Shown here in pieces: positions 1 through 12,600 of a stretch of 64,000 bases of DNA; the first letter of the stretch is position 1, and each line of letters begins with the position of its first letter. The position numbers and the translations under genes were made by a program. Source of the DNA: Eledone cirrhosa (Eukaryota); assembly GCA_964016885.1 (NCBI GenBank), contig OZ024746.1, positions 18,662,001-18,726,000 on the forward strand, read 5' to 3'. The notes below the pieces were generated by a model. The model was given only the letters and a program-made list of their open reading frames with translations. It had not been told where the DNA came from and did not search any database.

Positions 1-178
1 ATCGATAGTGGTTATGTCACCACATATTACAGGTCTCGATATTCTAGATCCATCTCACCATCTTCCTCAGAAACAATGTTTGTTTTGCTAGTTGATATCC
101 TTATGAAATTGATAAAATAAATGGTCGATTCTGTTGGGTTGTACCTTTTTTTAATACAAGTTTTAGCATTGCACCAAA

Positions 179-525
179 GGAGGCGCACGGCCTAGTGGTA
201 AAGGTGTTACGTTCTTGAGCAAAACATTTCATTTCACAATGCTCCAGTATATTCAGCTGAAAATGAGTACCAGCAATAGCTGGGGGGTTTTAATCCTGTA
301 ATAACCAGGCATTCTGTCCAGGGATGAGTCTTGTACTCTCAGTCCCTTCATGCCATGGAAACAAGGATAAGCACTGGCCAGATGAGCCTCTTATCTCAAT
401 ACAGACTTTAACGCTGCAATGGACTGGTGTCCTGTCCCAGAGAAGAGTCTGGTACTCTCAGTTGCTTCACACCACAGAAAACAGGATAAGCACTGGCCTG
501 ATAAGCCTCTGGACTCAAGACAATT
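179..525 (+). mobile_element. tRNA-derived CORE-like SINE with tandemly duplicated 3' half
   Basis: A-box head GGAGGCGCACGGCCTAGTGGTAA and body CTTGAGCAAAACATTTCATTTCAC..GCTCCAGT..CAGCTG. The 3' module (CTGTCC..GTACTCTCAG..GGATAAGCACTGGCC) occurs twice. Same family as 39897-40143 and 61090-61332. Confidence 0.75.
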
Positions 526-601
526 TTATTAAAGCAATGTAATAAATTGCACCAATGTAGGAAATCAATGTTTGAAGTATTTTCCATTTTATCTCTTGTA
601 G

Positions 602-3600
602 CTCAAATGATGCCTATTCCACCACCCCCACCTCCTCAAAGTTCAGAGAATCAGCTTCCACCTCCACAGTTTGTCACCCAGGCTAGTGGTCCACCACCAC
701 CACCTCCTCCTCCACCACCACCACCACCAACATCAGGGTTGCAGCCACCAGGTCCTCCACAGAGTATGGCACCGCCACCCCCTCCCCCTCCCTCCCTCCA
801 AGGCATTCCTCCACCTCCCCAGGGCATTCCTCCTCCACCACCTCCACAAGGTATCCCGTCTCCCCATCAAGGAGTTCCGCCTCCTCAAGGAATACCACCA
901 CCACCTCCACCTCAGATGGCAGGTAATCTCCCAAATCAGCCCCCACCCCAGCAGCAGAGTATCCCTCCTCCTCCACCGCCATCATTGCAGCCTCCAATGT
1001 CTTTGTTGACTGGTCAGCCTAGTGTACCAATAGTTTCAGCAACATCAGCTCCAGGAATTTCACCCAGTGGAAATATCATTGCAGCTCAGTCTACAATTAC
1101 ATCTCATACTACTACATCAATAGATTCAAAACCTCAAGTGAGTCTGAACAACTTCATCTTTTTAATTCCTACCTCTCTCATCCAACACATTCCAGCTATT
1201 CAACTACAACTATATACCTTGTTTATAAGTGAATGCTTGAATTTAATTATATCATTACACAGAGTTCAGTTTAAATGAAATTGCAGATGTAGTCTTTAAG
1301 TTGTAATCATAGCTTATTGGTTTTTTTAATTAAGCTATATACACCATTTTAGGAGCCATTAAGAAGGCTATAGACATATTCTTTCTCTTTTGAACTAAAA
1401 AATAGAAACAATTAGGTCTTTGTTAAACAGTAATCAACTCTGTTGATGAAACTTAATTTAAAAAAAAATTTTCATAGACTTGAGCTGCTAGGTATCTATT
1501 TAAAATAGTTACTAATGTCTTAGTATTTTACTTTTTCTCCTTTAACATCAGCAGCCTTCTGAACGACAGCAAAAAGAAATAAAACTGCCCCAGGCTTTGG
1601 AAAAGATTCTTGCTTTTATGGATGTACGTGCCCAAGAAATAGGGACAGTGCCAGAAGATTCAGATAAAGCTGGTAAGACCTTTGAGGTTGTTTTTTAACA
1701 ATGTCATCATAATTTGGTGTACCAGAAATGTGTTTGTAAAAGCTGCTAAATCAATGCAATATTAGATTTTAGTTGAAATTGGTGATATCTATTGATTCAT
1801 TATATACCAGTAGATGCCAAACATCAACAACCCTCTAAGTGATAGTAAATATATATGGTGGGGTGTGGTTTGAGGAAAATTTGACTGTTGTTTCTAGCAG
1901 AGCAAGTGAATACAAAGAGGTACCCTTATGTTTTTTTTAATCAAGTGACAAGATTCCTGACCTGACTCCCTTACTGAGTGGGACGGAACTTGTCAGATCA
2001 GACCAAGGAAAATGTTTCCATTGGTCTTCCAATTGCTGATACTATCTATCAGTCACAACTCCTGGCAGAAAGAGGGAGGTGAAAATAAAGTGTCTTGCTC
2101 AAGGACATAATGCATCACCTGGTCCAGGAATCGAACTCACAACCTCACAATTGCAAATTCGTTTCTCTAACCACTAAACCATGCACCTTGTTATGTGGTT
2201 GGTGATTTTCATTATTGTTTCGGATATCATTTTTGTTTCAAAGAATATTTGTAGTCTGTATGCCCTTCCTAGCAGCAACTACTTTACAGCAGAGACTATT
2301 TACATTTTATCATGCCACTAGCACTAGAGACAGTGCTGGACTTACCTATAAGTTAAATAAGCTATGGCTTAGGGCTACACACTCTCAGGGGCTTCATTTT
2401 ATCTTGCTATCAAGCACAGCAGTTAAATCATGACATATCTTGTTATAAAATTTCCATGTCAGCTAAATATATAAACAATTAGAATACAGCTTTATAAGGG
2501 AGCATGCAATCACAAATTTATTTTGCTATCAAGTATTGTATTTAAATCATGGATTGGGATCAAGATTTAAAGAGAAAATAGAAAATGTAAAGTTTGTGAT
2601 ATCACTCCTTTCTCTTTTATGTTCAGAACAAGAAAATCAAGTGAAAGCAACTGATGCTGAAGAAGATGATGATGACGAGGTTGTAAATATAGCTGTTACA
2701 AATGCAACTGCAAATGATGCTGATGAGGAAGATGACGACATTTCGAAAAATCAAGATAAGGCAAAAGAGGTTTGGTTGGCTTATGCTTTTTCTTAATTTA
2801 TGTTTAAAAAAATATCTATTTAAAAATGCTTAAATCTACTGTTACTCCCTGACTGAGTGATTCAGTTGCCGGATTTTGGGTAGATCTATATCTGTATTTC
2901 AAAATTGCCATGCTATGTTTAACTGTGCTGCATTTGGTCCTCAGAGTGCATTGCCAATGCTGCATCATATGCAAACACCATTTCTCTGTTGAGTACTTGA
3001 TGAATCCTAAATTTTGCCTTCTGCCGTAACAGGATTAAACAACCTTCTCTCTGATCTGGTGTGGAGGTAGACACCATCAGTTGATGTTGTAAATGTGTGT
3101 TTCAGCACGACTGCGTAAAGGATGCCAAACAGTGTGGTGGCAATCACGCAGCCCTGTTTCACACCACTGCATGTTTAACGCCTCTGAAGAAGAGACATCA
3201 AATCGAATGACATCTTTTCAGATCATTGATAGCTTGCCTCTTGCCTACTGAGAAGGCACTGGGATTGGATGGCACCTCACCAGAGGTCATCAAGTGTGTG
3301 CAAAGGAAGTCTTGCTTAGCCACTTGTTGAAACTATTATGTCAGTCCTGGGAGGAGGGTACAGTCTCACAAGACATGACATACTGTAACATACATTGTCA
3401 TCCTCTATAAGAACAAAAGAGAACATATGATATATATATTTGTGTATGTATATATTAGTATGTTGATATCTGTTAAATTAATGTATGTATTTGACTGATT
3501 TTCATATAATGTTGGATTATCTCATTTTTCTGTATATTTTTTATATCTTAAAGAATAAAACAAGAAAAAAGAAAAAGAAAAGGAAGAACAAGAAGAAACA

Positions 3601-6600
3601 TCCTGGTTTCTCACAAGATGGAAATGACTTAAAGAGAAAACAGGTTGAAGATGATGAAAATGATCGTTTTATTGAAGTAGAGTAAGTATTTCTCACTAAT
3701 GCAATCTTAGATTACATTGAGATATAGTCTCATAGCAAAACAAATAAAAATCAAGAGAAATTTATCTTAGTTTGTGTGTTACAGCCATCATATGGACATA
3801 ATCAACTTAGCTGCACATATCTGAGCATAGAGTCATTATAAGGTAATGGTGGTGTTGGCAGAAGATAACAGAACGAAGGGATGATAAGGAAAATTTTCAA
3901 AGAAAGATAAAGAATTCTTATAAAAAAATAGTTATTAAAGGAATTTTAATTAATCTATAGAAAATAATACCATACCATATCATTTTTATTATTTTCTGAT
4001 AATAGTTTTACACATTAGTAATATGATCTTAGAATGAAAATTTACAGTATTTGTATTTATGCTACATTTTGATTGGTGTGGTGTGCAATCGTCAGATGGA
4101 GTTTAGTGCATAAGAACATTATTACTGTTTAGAAGTAAAAGTTTAATAGGTGGAACTTCTATGTAGTTGCTTGATCTATTAGAAATATTTGCTAAATCTC
4201 CATCAAATCACAGCTTATGGTCTTAAAAACAAACTAGTCTAGAAAAAATATAGGGAATAGTCATGCATGGAAAGCCTTTGATTGTAGGCTTGCATAATTT
4301 GGGCAGACAAGGGGATAAACAACAAAAACAACAAATCAAGGCTCATAGTTTGAACCCAGTCTGGGGCCATGCACATGTCATCATCATCAACAACAAATAA
4401 TAAAACACCTGATGACGATGTCGTCTTCTGTTCCTCCTCACCACCTCGTGAATGGAAGATAGTTTGGCTTTTACATTTACCTCTTCGCATAACCATCGTG
4501 CTAAAGTTGGCACTCCTGCCCTTCATCACATGTAAAAATGACCCTGAGATACTTGAACTTCACGTGGTTCAGTGAGACTCCACTTGCATGTACTGCACTA
4601 CACACACCTTTTCAAAAGGATAAATGTCAGTCTTCTCAGCACTGATTTTCATTGCTACTGTTCAGCACTCAGCAGCATACCTATCGAGATCACCTTCCGA
4701 TGGGGTAACTAGCACTATGCCATCTGCAAATATCTTAATAATAACCTCTTTTAGATATTTATTTTTATTATATTTTATCAAAAATATATAATTTTGTTTG
4801 TAATTTTTTTATAGATTAGCTAGTTCCACACAAATATGTATATTCACTCACTCCATTTTCTTTTATTTTTGCCAGGTATGTTCAGGAACACTTAGATATT
4901 GACCACTATGATGTTAACTACCATGTATTTGCAAAGATATTTGAAAGTTTCAAGGTATGTATTTATCTACTCAACCATTTCATTTCCAAAACTGCCTGAA
5001 ATTTTACTTGGAAACACCTGAAACAACCTATTCAAATTTAAGGAGAAAGAGTGGTGGATTGGCAGTAATAAGTAGAGCATTGAACAACATGCTTTGTGGC
5101 ATATACGTATACCAATTTGCTGCCATTTCCTTTGAAGTTATGTTCACATAACTGTTTCAAGTTTGAATTAATTTCTCAACTGCATTAAATCAAAGGTCAA
5201 CTTTAATGGGTTTTTTGTTGACATTTCTGGAATAATCAATGTTTATATATTAGTCTTATCAATTTTATATTTCTATAAATTGTTTTTTGTTTCTCATCTC
5301 TGAAGATTACAGATCCTGAAAAGCCAAAAGATTTCCAAAGACCAGAAGAAAAAAGAGAAGAGGAGAAAAAGCCTGAAGAAGTTCCTATCAAAGCTCGAGG
5401 GCTCATAATAGATGATGATGAAGTGAGTTTCTTCACTGTTTAATATCCCTGCCTCATACCATTTCTTACTGTTCTAACTTATGATAGAATATACTGAATT
5501 ATCTTAGCATTTTATGATAGAATAATTATTTTCATAATATACTGAATTATCTTACCATTTTATGATAAAACTGGGATTTTTGTGTGGTTTAACCCACAGA
5601 TCTTTGGTCATGTTCCATCCATTCTAATTTTATTTTCCCAAACTGCACTATCCAGTGTATCCTAAAGTTGTGCAACCACATATAGGCTCTTTTGTTGGCT
5701 TATGCTAACCCTTTTTATATCCTTAGGCAATCCATTAACATTTTTCTTTTCATTTTGAATTATATTTGGTTATTAAATATCATCATCATCATCATCATCA
5801 TCAACGTTTAACGTCCGTGTTCCACGCTTGCATGGGTTTGGACGGGGGTAGTCCCACTTGAGGCAAAAGTGATTGTCTTGCTCGCATAGGACTGTCTGGC
5901 AGGTTTTCTACAGTTGGATGCCCTTCCTAACACCAACCACATTTACAGTGTGGGTCTGGGAGGTTTTTACCGTGTTGCCTACACGGCCACATTACAGCGT
6001 GGACTGTGTGTTTTTTTGTCGTGACACCTACACGATCTCATTTGTTTCGGCCTTTACATAGAACGGGTGGTGTGGATGGGGTGGGGGTGGTGGCGGGATG
6101 GGGTGTATTTTGTTAGAGATGCCTACTGGCAAGGCGGGTCTTCTCTGTTACTGAGTACCGCCAAAGGTCTCGGTCCAGTGACATTGTCTTGGAGAGGTGT
6201 AAGTGTGTGAGGTCGGAGTTTATCAGCTCATCCCAGGTTTTTCTAGGTCTGCCTATTCCGTGGCTACCGTCTATCTTTATTGCCCTGCACTTTGTTATAC
6301 AGCTATCGACTTTCATGCGCATCACGTGTCCATACCAACGTAGCCTTCTCTCGAGTAAACAACATCTGATCCCTCTTATCTCTAATTTTTTCCTTAGTTC
6401 GTTTATGCTTTGCCGTTCACGTATATTACTGTTACACATCCAGCGGAGCATGCAAGCTTCGTTCCTCTCTAGTCTGCGTATATCCTCTGCACACAATGCC
6501 CAGGTCTCACTGCCATGCAACATTGCTGTTCGTATGCAGGCATCGTACAACCTGCCTTTCATTTTTAGGGAGAACCCTTTAGCAGCTAATAGTGGTATAA

Positions 6601-9600
6601 GCTCTCTGAACTTTTTCCAACCAGTTCTGACTCTAGCTACAGTACTTTCAGAGCACCCTCCCCCACTGCTGATTTTATCGCCCAGGTAACGGAAGCTGTC
6701 CACTATTTCTATAGAACCCTCTGCGCAATTGAAAGAGCTAGTATTTTGTGGGCACTTGCTGCTACTTATTGCACCAGAACACCGGCCACATGTAAAATCT
6801 ATGTTCTTAGTTAGCTTACCTGTGATCCCACTACATCTTTTATGCACCCATACTTTGCATTTAGGACATAAAATGGAGTTTCTACCTACGCCTTTCCTAC
6901 ACACCGAGCACGACCATTTCCCAGAAGGGACCGCCGCCTTGTTTTCTTTCCTACAAACTAGAACTTTGGTCTTAGCCAGGTTAATTTTAAGTCCTTTTGA
7001 CTCTAGGCCGTGCTTCCATGTTTGGAATTTCTTCTCTAGCTCGGCCATTGATTCCGCTATGAGTGTCAGGTCGTCTGCGTATAGGAGTTCCCATGGGCAG
7101 CCTGTCTTGAACTCCTCTGTTATAGCCTGAAGGGCAATAATAAATAGTAGGGGGCTGAGAACAGAGCCCTGATGGACGCCAACTTTTACGCTAAACTCTT
7201 CACTATATTCGTTGTTAATTCTAACCTTGCTGACTGTTTCTTTATACATGGCTTGTATAGCCCTCACAAGCCATTCGTCAACGCCTAGTTTTCTAAGAGC
7301 CCACCAGATAATGGAGCGGGGGACTCTGTCGAAGGCTTTCTCCAGGTCGACAAAAGCTAAGTAGAGGGGTTTACCTTTAGCTAGGTACTTCTCCTGTAGT
7401 TGTCGTACTATGAAAAGAGCGTCTGTGGTGCTTTTGCCTGACACAAACCCGAACTGCATTTCATCTAGGTCAATTCTCTCTCTGATTAGTTGCGCTATTA
7501 CTTTTTCCGTGACCTTCATGACCTGGTCGATTAATTTAATGCCTCTATAGTTACTCCTATCTAGGGCGTCTCCTTTACCCTTATAACAGTTAACGATGAT
7601 GCTGCTATGCCAGTCCTTCGGAACAACCCCATTCTGTACGACTTGGTTAACTATGCGGGTGACCATGGTGTGTCCCACCGTGCCAGATGCCTTCAGCATC
7701 TCAGCAACTATTTCCGAAGGCCCAGCCGCCTTACCCGTCTTCATATCCTTGATTGCCTTACTTATTATACTCCCCTCGACTAACACTGCTGGTCCCTCTA
7801 TTGGGTCGATATGGGGGAGACTGTCTTTCTCCCATTTATTCTCCTCATTTAGTAGCCTTTCGTAGTGACACTTCCAAGCTACCTTCTTATCAGTGTCGGT
7901 GATGGCAAGTATGCCATCATCGTTAAGTACACACTTCTCCCCGACAATATCACGGTTTTCCTTGACGCATTGCCTAGCAATCCTGAACACCTCACGTTTT
8001 TGGTCATCGCGTTGTAGAACATGCTTGAACTTTCTTTCCTCAGCTTCCCTTCTTGCTAAGTACACTTCTCTCCTAGCTTCCCTCCTGGCCACTTGATAGT
8101 CTACTCTACTTCCCCCATCCCGCCATACTTTAATACATAATAAATATATGTTTTTTAATTAAATATTATTATACTTTGGGCTGGGCAGTGGTGGGGGTCA
8201 TACTGAATTTTATTTATTTCAGTTTATTAGTTGAGTAACTAATCCATTCATTGGTTAGTTTAGTAACCAGATGTTTTTTATATTTGTTCATTGTCAAAGC
8301 TCTTTTGTCACATCCTGTGACCTTCTCAATTACTATTCTTGCTCCTTTGTGTCTCATCTTTGTTCTATTTACTCCATGTGGTCTGCACATGTGTGTGTAT
8401 CTTTGTGTGCAGCTACTTTCACAAGCTTCTGTGTTTAGCATGTGTTTCATTTTAAAATGAAACAAATATAATATACCTAACATGACATTATTTATAACCT
8501 GGCAAGATTAGCTTTACCTTTACCTTCCATCTTTACAGGGTCAATAAAATAAAGTACTTTGTAATGCACTGGGGTTGATTTAACCAACTTTCCCTTCCTC
8601 CAAAATTGTTGACCTTGTGCCTAAATCAGAAACCATTATTTCTCTAACAGGATTTAGTAGCTGATGATGAAACACCAAAATTGTCTAAGAAGAAGTTGAA
8701 GAAGCTAACTCGCCTGAGTATTGCACAATTAAAGCAGGTAAGATTACAGAGTTTTTGGTGAGTGTGGATATTTTCTTTTTAACCCTTTAGCATTTAAACC
8801 GGCCATATCCGGCCAAAATTCTTTCACCTCTTTCTATTCAAACTGGTCGTAACTGGCTATTCATACTGATTTTAAGGTGTTGTTCTCAAAATAAATAATA
8901 TCAGATCCTCAGATTTGATATTATATGAAATATAGTGTTTACTATGAAAATACAATAGTAAATATAGAGTTATGTAAATGCTAAAGGGTTAAATGATTGA
9001 CATCATTTGCTTGCTGAGTAAGGTGAAACTTTATCCTGTAATGATTTCTGTTTTATTTTCGAAATAAAAATACTTCAGCAAAATCACAACTTCGGAAATA
9101 CCGTATATACTCGAATATAAATGAACACCTCCTATTTTATGCCTGATAAATAGGTGAAAATCCAAACCTCGTTTATAAACTGACGCAGCTAATCAACATA
9201 TTGTCTAGATGGGGTATATAAGCTGACCACCCCATTTTACTTTTTTCTTTGGTCACACATTCGAGTATATACAGTAACTTTGAACAGAATAGCTCTGATA
9301 TAAATAGATATCACCTTATTTTTATAATTAGTTACCTTAACCAGGAATTACACCTGTTTTTCTTAATAAAAGTATAATTTTTTATATATATATTTTATTC
9401 TGTCCAGCTTGTATCACGACCTGATGTTGTAGAGATGCATGATGTTACTGCACAGGATCCCAGACTGCTTGTGCAACTCAAAGTAAGTTATGAATTCTTG
9501 TTTATAGGAAATTTGTTTGCAATCTTCTACATTGAAGAAGACTGTTGCTTTTACAATATAGAAAAGACTAATGGTGTTATCATTTAAAATTTTATAAATA

Positions 9601-12600
9601 TACCTAATATTCATGAGACACACTGAATAGTATATATATATATATATATATATATTCCTGAAAAGATTATATTGTATCTACCTATCTGAAAAAGAAAATG
9701 TTAAATTTCATACAAATTTAGCTATTAATTATGAGCTGAATCGCCTCACCAACCTGCAATTAGTCAATTGACTTTCCCCTTCCTCAAAATTGTTGGCCTT
9801 GTGCCTAAATCAGAAACCATTATTATAGTTCTTTGTTCAACCCTAATCTTTGTTTTAAAATATCTATAATTGTATGAAATTTTAAAATTGCTTATCTTAT
9901 GTCTTTGTACACTTGCTAATTAGTACACTAGCTAATTACAGCTATTCTATGTTTGGAACTAATTGCACAAATAAATTTAATATTTTTTATTTATATTTAA
10001 TATTGATATTGTTATATTTTGATTTTGTTTTTATTCAGGCCACAAGAAATACAGTTCCAGTACCACGTCATTGGTGTTTTAAGAGTAAATATTTACAAGG
10101 AAAGAGAGGTATTGAAAAACCCCCTTTTGAACTTCCTGATTTTATCAAAGCTACTGGAATTATGGAAATGAGAGCTGCTTTGGCTGAGAAGGTACCCATC
10201 ATAATATATATATACACATACACAGAGTGTTTTAAAAAATTAGATCTCAATGGCCTGTTCTCAAGATTGTCACATTAAAATATATATTGTGAATTAGTGT
10301 TATAATGTTGACAAATGTTTGAGGAATAAATTTTATGTTGTTCAATATTAAGCCTGCTTAGTCTTGTTATAGACTTTGTAGTTTCTAGGACATTTACATC
10401 TCAAATGATATCTAATTTTTTGAAACACTCTGTATATATTTAAATGTATGCATATATGCTAATATATGCATACATATCTATAATTGTAATAATAGTGTTT
10501 ATCGTCACTTTGTGTATTAACTTCTCTACAGTTTATGTAACATTTTCATGGTTTGAATATTCCAGGAAGATCAGAAAACATTGAAAGCCAAGATGCGAGA
10601 GAAAGTACGTCCTAAACTTGGCAAGATTGATATTGATTATCAGAAACTCCATGATGCTTTTTTCCGATGGCAAACCAAACCAAAATTGACTATTCATGGA
10701 GATCTGTATTATGAGGTAAATTATCATATTTGTTTCATGATTCTTTCATAAGTTGAGGTACTTTTGTTAACATCATATTATCTTTACTATTTTGCTTTTT
10801 GTCTGCCTTTGTGTGTGTTCCAGCTAATGTTTGTGTGACTGCCATTATATATATCGAGGTTAACTTTGCCTTTCATCCTTACGGGGTCAATAAAATAAAG
10901 TACCAGTAATGCACTGGGTATTTGCTGGCCTTGTGCCAAAAGTAGAAACAATTATATATATCGGTGGATTGGCAGTATCTGTAGAGAGTCGGACACCATG
11001 CTTTGAAGCATAGAGTTACGTCCCTTTATGATCTGAGTTCAAATCCCGCCGAGGTTAACTTTGCCTTTCATCCTTGCGGTGTCGATAAAATAAAGTACCA
11101 GTAATGGTCTTGTGCCTAAAATAGAAACAATTATATATATATACCTGAGAGTAAGCCACTGTATCTAGTATTTGTAGATCTGGAGAAGGCATTTGACAGG
11201 GTTCCTCACTCTATAATCAGGTGGGCTCTTAGGAAGCTAGGTGTAGAATGAATTGTGAGGTATTTTTCTACATACACACACACACACATATATATATATA
11301 TATTGTTTTTAATGACTTGATATTTCAGGGTAAAGAATTTGAAACCCGTCTAAAAGAAAAGAAGCCAGGTAACTTATCTGATGAACTAAGAACAGCTCTT
11401 GGCATGCCAGTTGGTCCAGTAAGTTAAACTAATTAATTTATCTATGACTGTCTACATACATTTATTAACCACTAGTTTTTTATATTATGAATCTATTAGA
11501 TATTTGGTCTTTCAACTAATGCAGATGATTTTACATATTGTTCCCTGGGACAGGCTGGAACATCAATAGTTTAGTCCAAATGTCTTATAAGATTCAGAAA
11601 TATAATCCATAAGTGTCTGTCTTCTGCAATATGTGCAACTAAGTTGTAATCATCTGCATAAAAAGACCCCCCCCCCCCTGTAAAGTAATCATGTTGGTGA
11701 CAAAAAGCACTCAGTCCCTCCTGTAAAGTAATCATGTTGGTGACAAAAAGCACTCAGTCTACCCTGTAAAGTAATCATGTTGATGACAAAATAAAAAGCA
11801 CCCAGTCCATACAGTAAATATAGTTGTGTAGCGTAGAAGATGGACGTTAAATGATGATTTGTCAAAAAGCACTCAGTCTATGCTGTAAAGTGGTCAGGTT
11901 GGTGACACAACAAAAAGCACCCAGTCCCATACAGTAAATGTAGTTATGTTGGTAACATGACAAAAAGCACCCTGTCCAACCTGTCAGTTGGTTGTTTTGG
12001 TGCCATGATAAAAAGCACCCAGTCTACACTGTAAAGTGGTCGTTTTGGTGCTACAATAAAAAGCACCAAATACATACTGTAAATATGGTTGGCATTGGGA
12101 AGGGTATCCAGCTGTAGAAACCAAACCAAAAACAGTTCTGTATGAACAAGAAATTGTCACCTGATCTGACTTGTCCCAAATGGGACAACTCATTTAACTC
12201 ATGCTAGTGTAGAAAAATGGGTGGTAAATGATGATGAAGAGATTGAAAGCCTTTTGTTGCCAATTGTAGAAACCAGATTAGTACCTGACATATATCCCAG
12301 AAGTACAATTGGCAGCAAAAGCAGGAGCACTATATTTCACTGTATATGTGCTCATACAGAATATGTAGGGAATTGCATTTCATTATATTTTTTTTTGTTT
12401 TTCAGAATTCAGAGAAAGTTCCTCCACCATGGTTGATTGCTATGCAGCGATATGGACCTCCTCCATCCTACCCTAATCTCAAAATCCCTGGTTTGAATGC
12501 ACCAATTCCAGAAGTATGTATTAACAAATTTTGTTTCCTATTTGATTTTTGGTTTATTAACAAAGTTACCTTTTTATTTTAAATCCAGATGGTCTAGTAG

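Noticed and set aside
671-1009. His-rich (+) and Val/Glu-rich (-) ORFs
   Set aside because: Alternative frames of the Pro-rich SF3B2 exon.
6189-8096. Plus-strand ORFs over the LINE
   Set aside because: Antisense shadows of the RT frame with no recognisable motifs.
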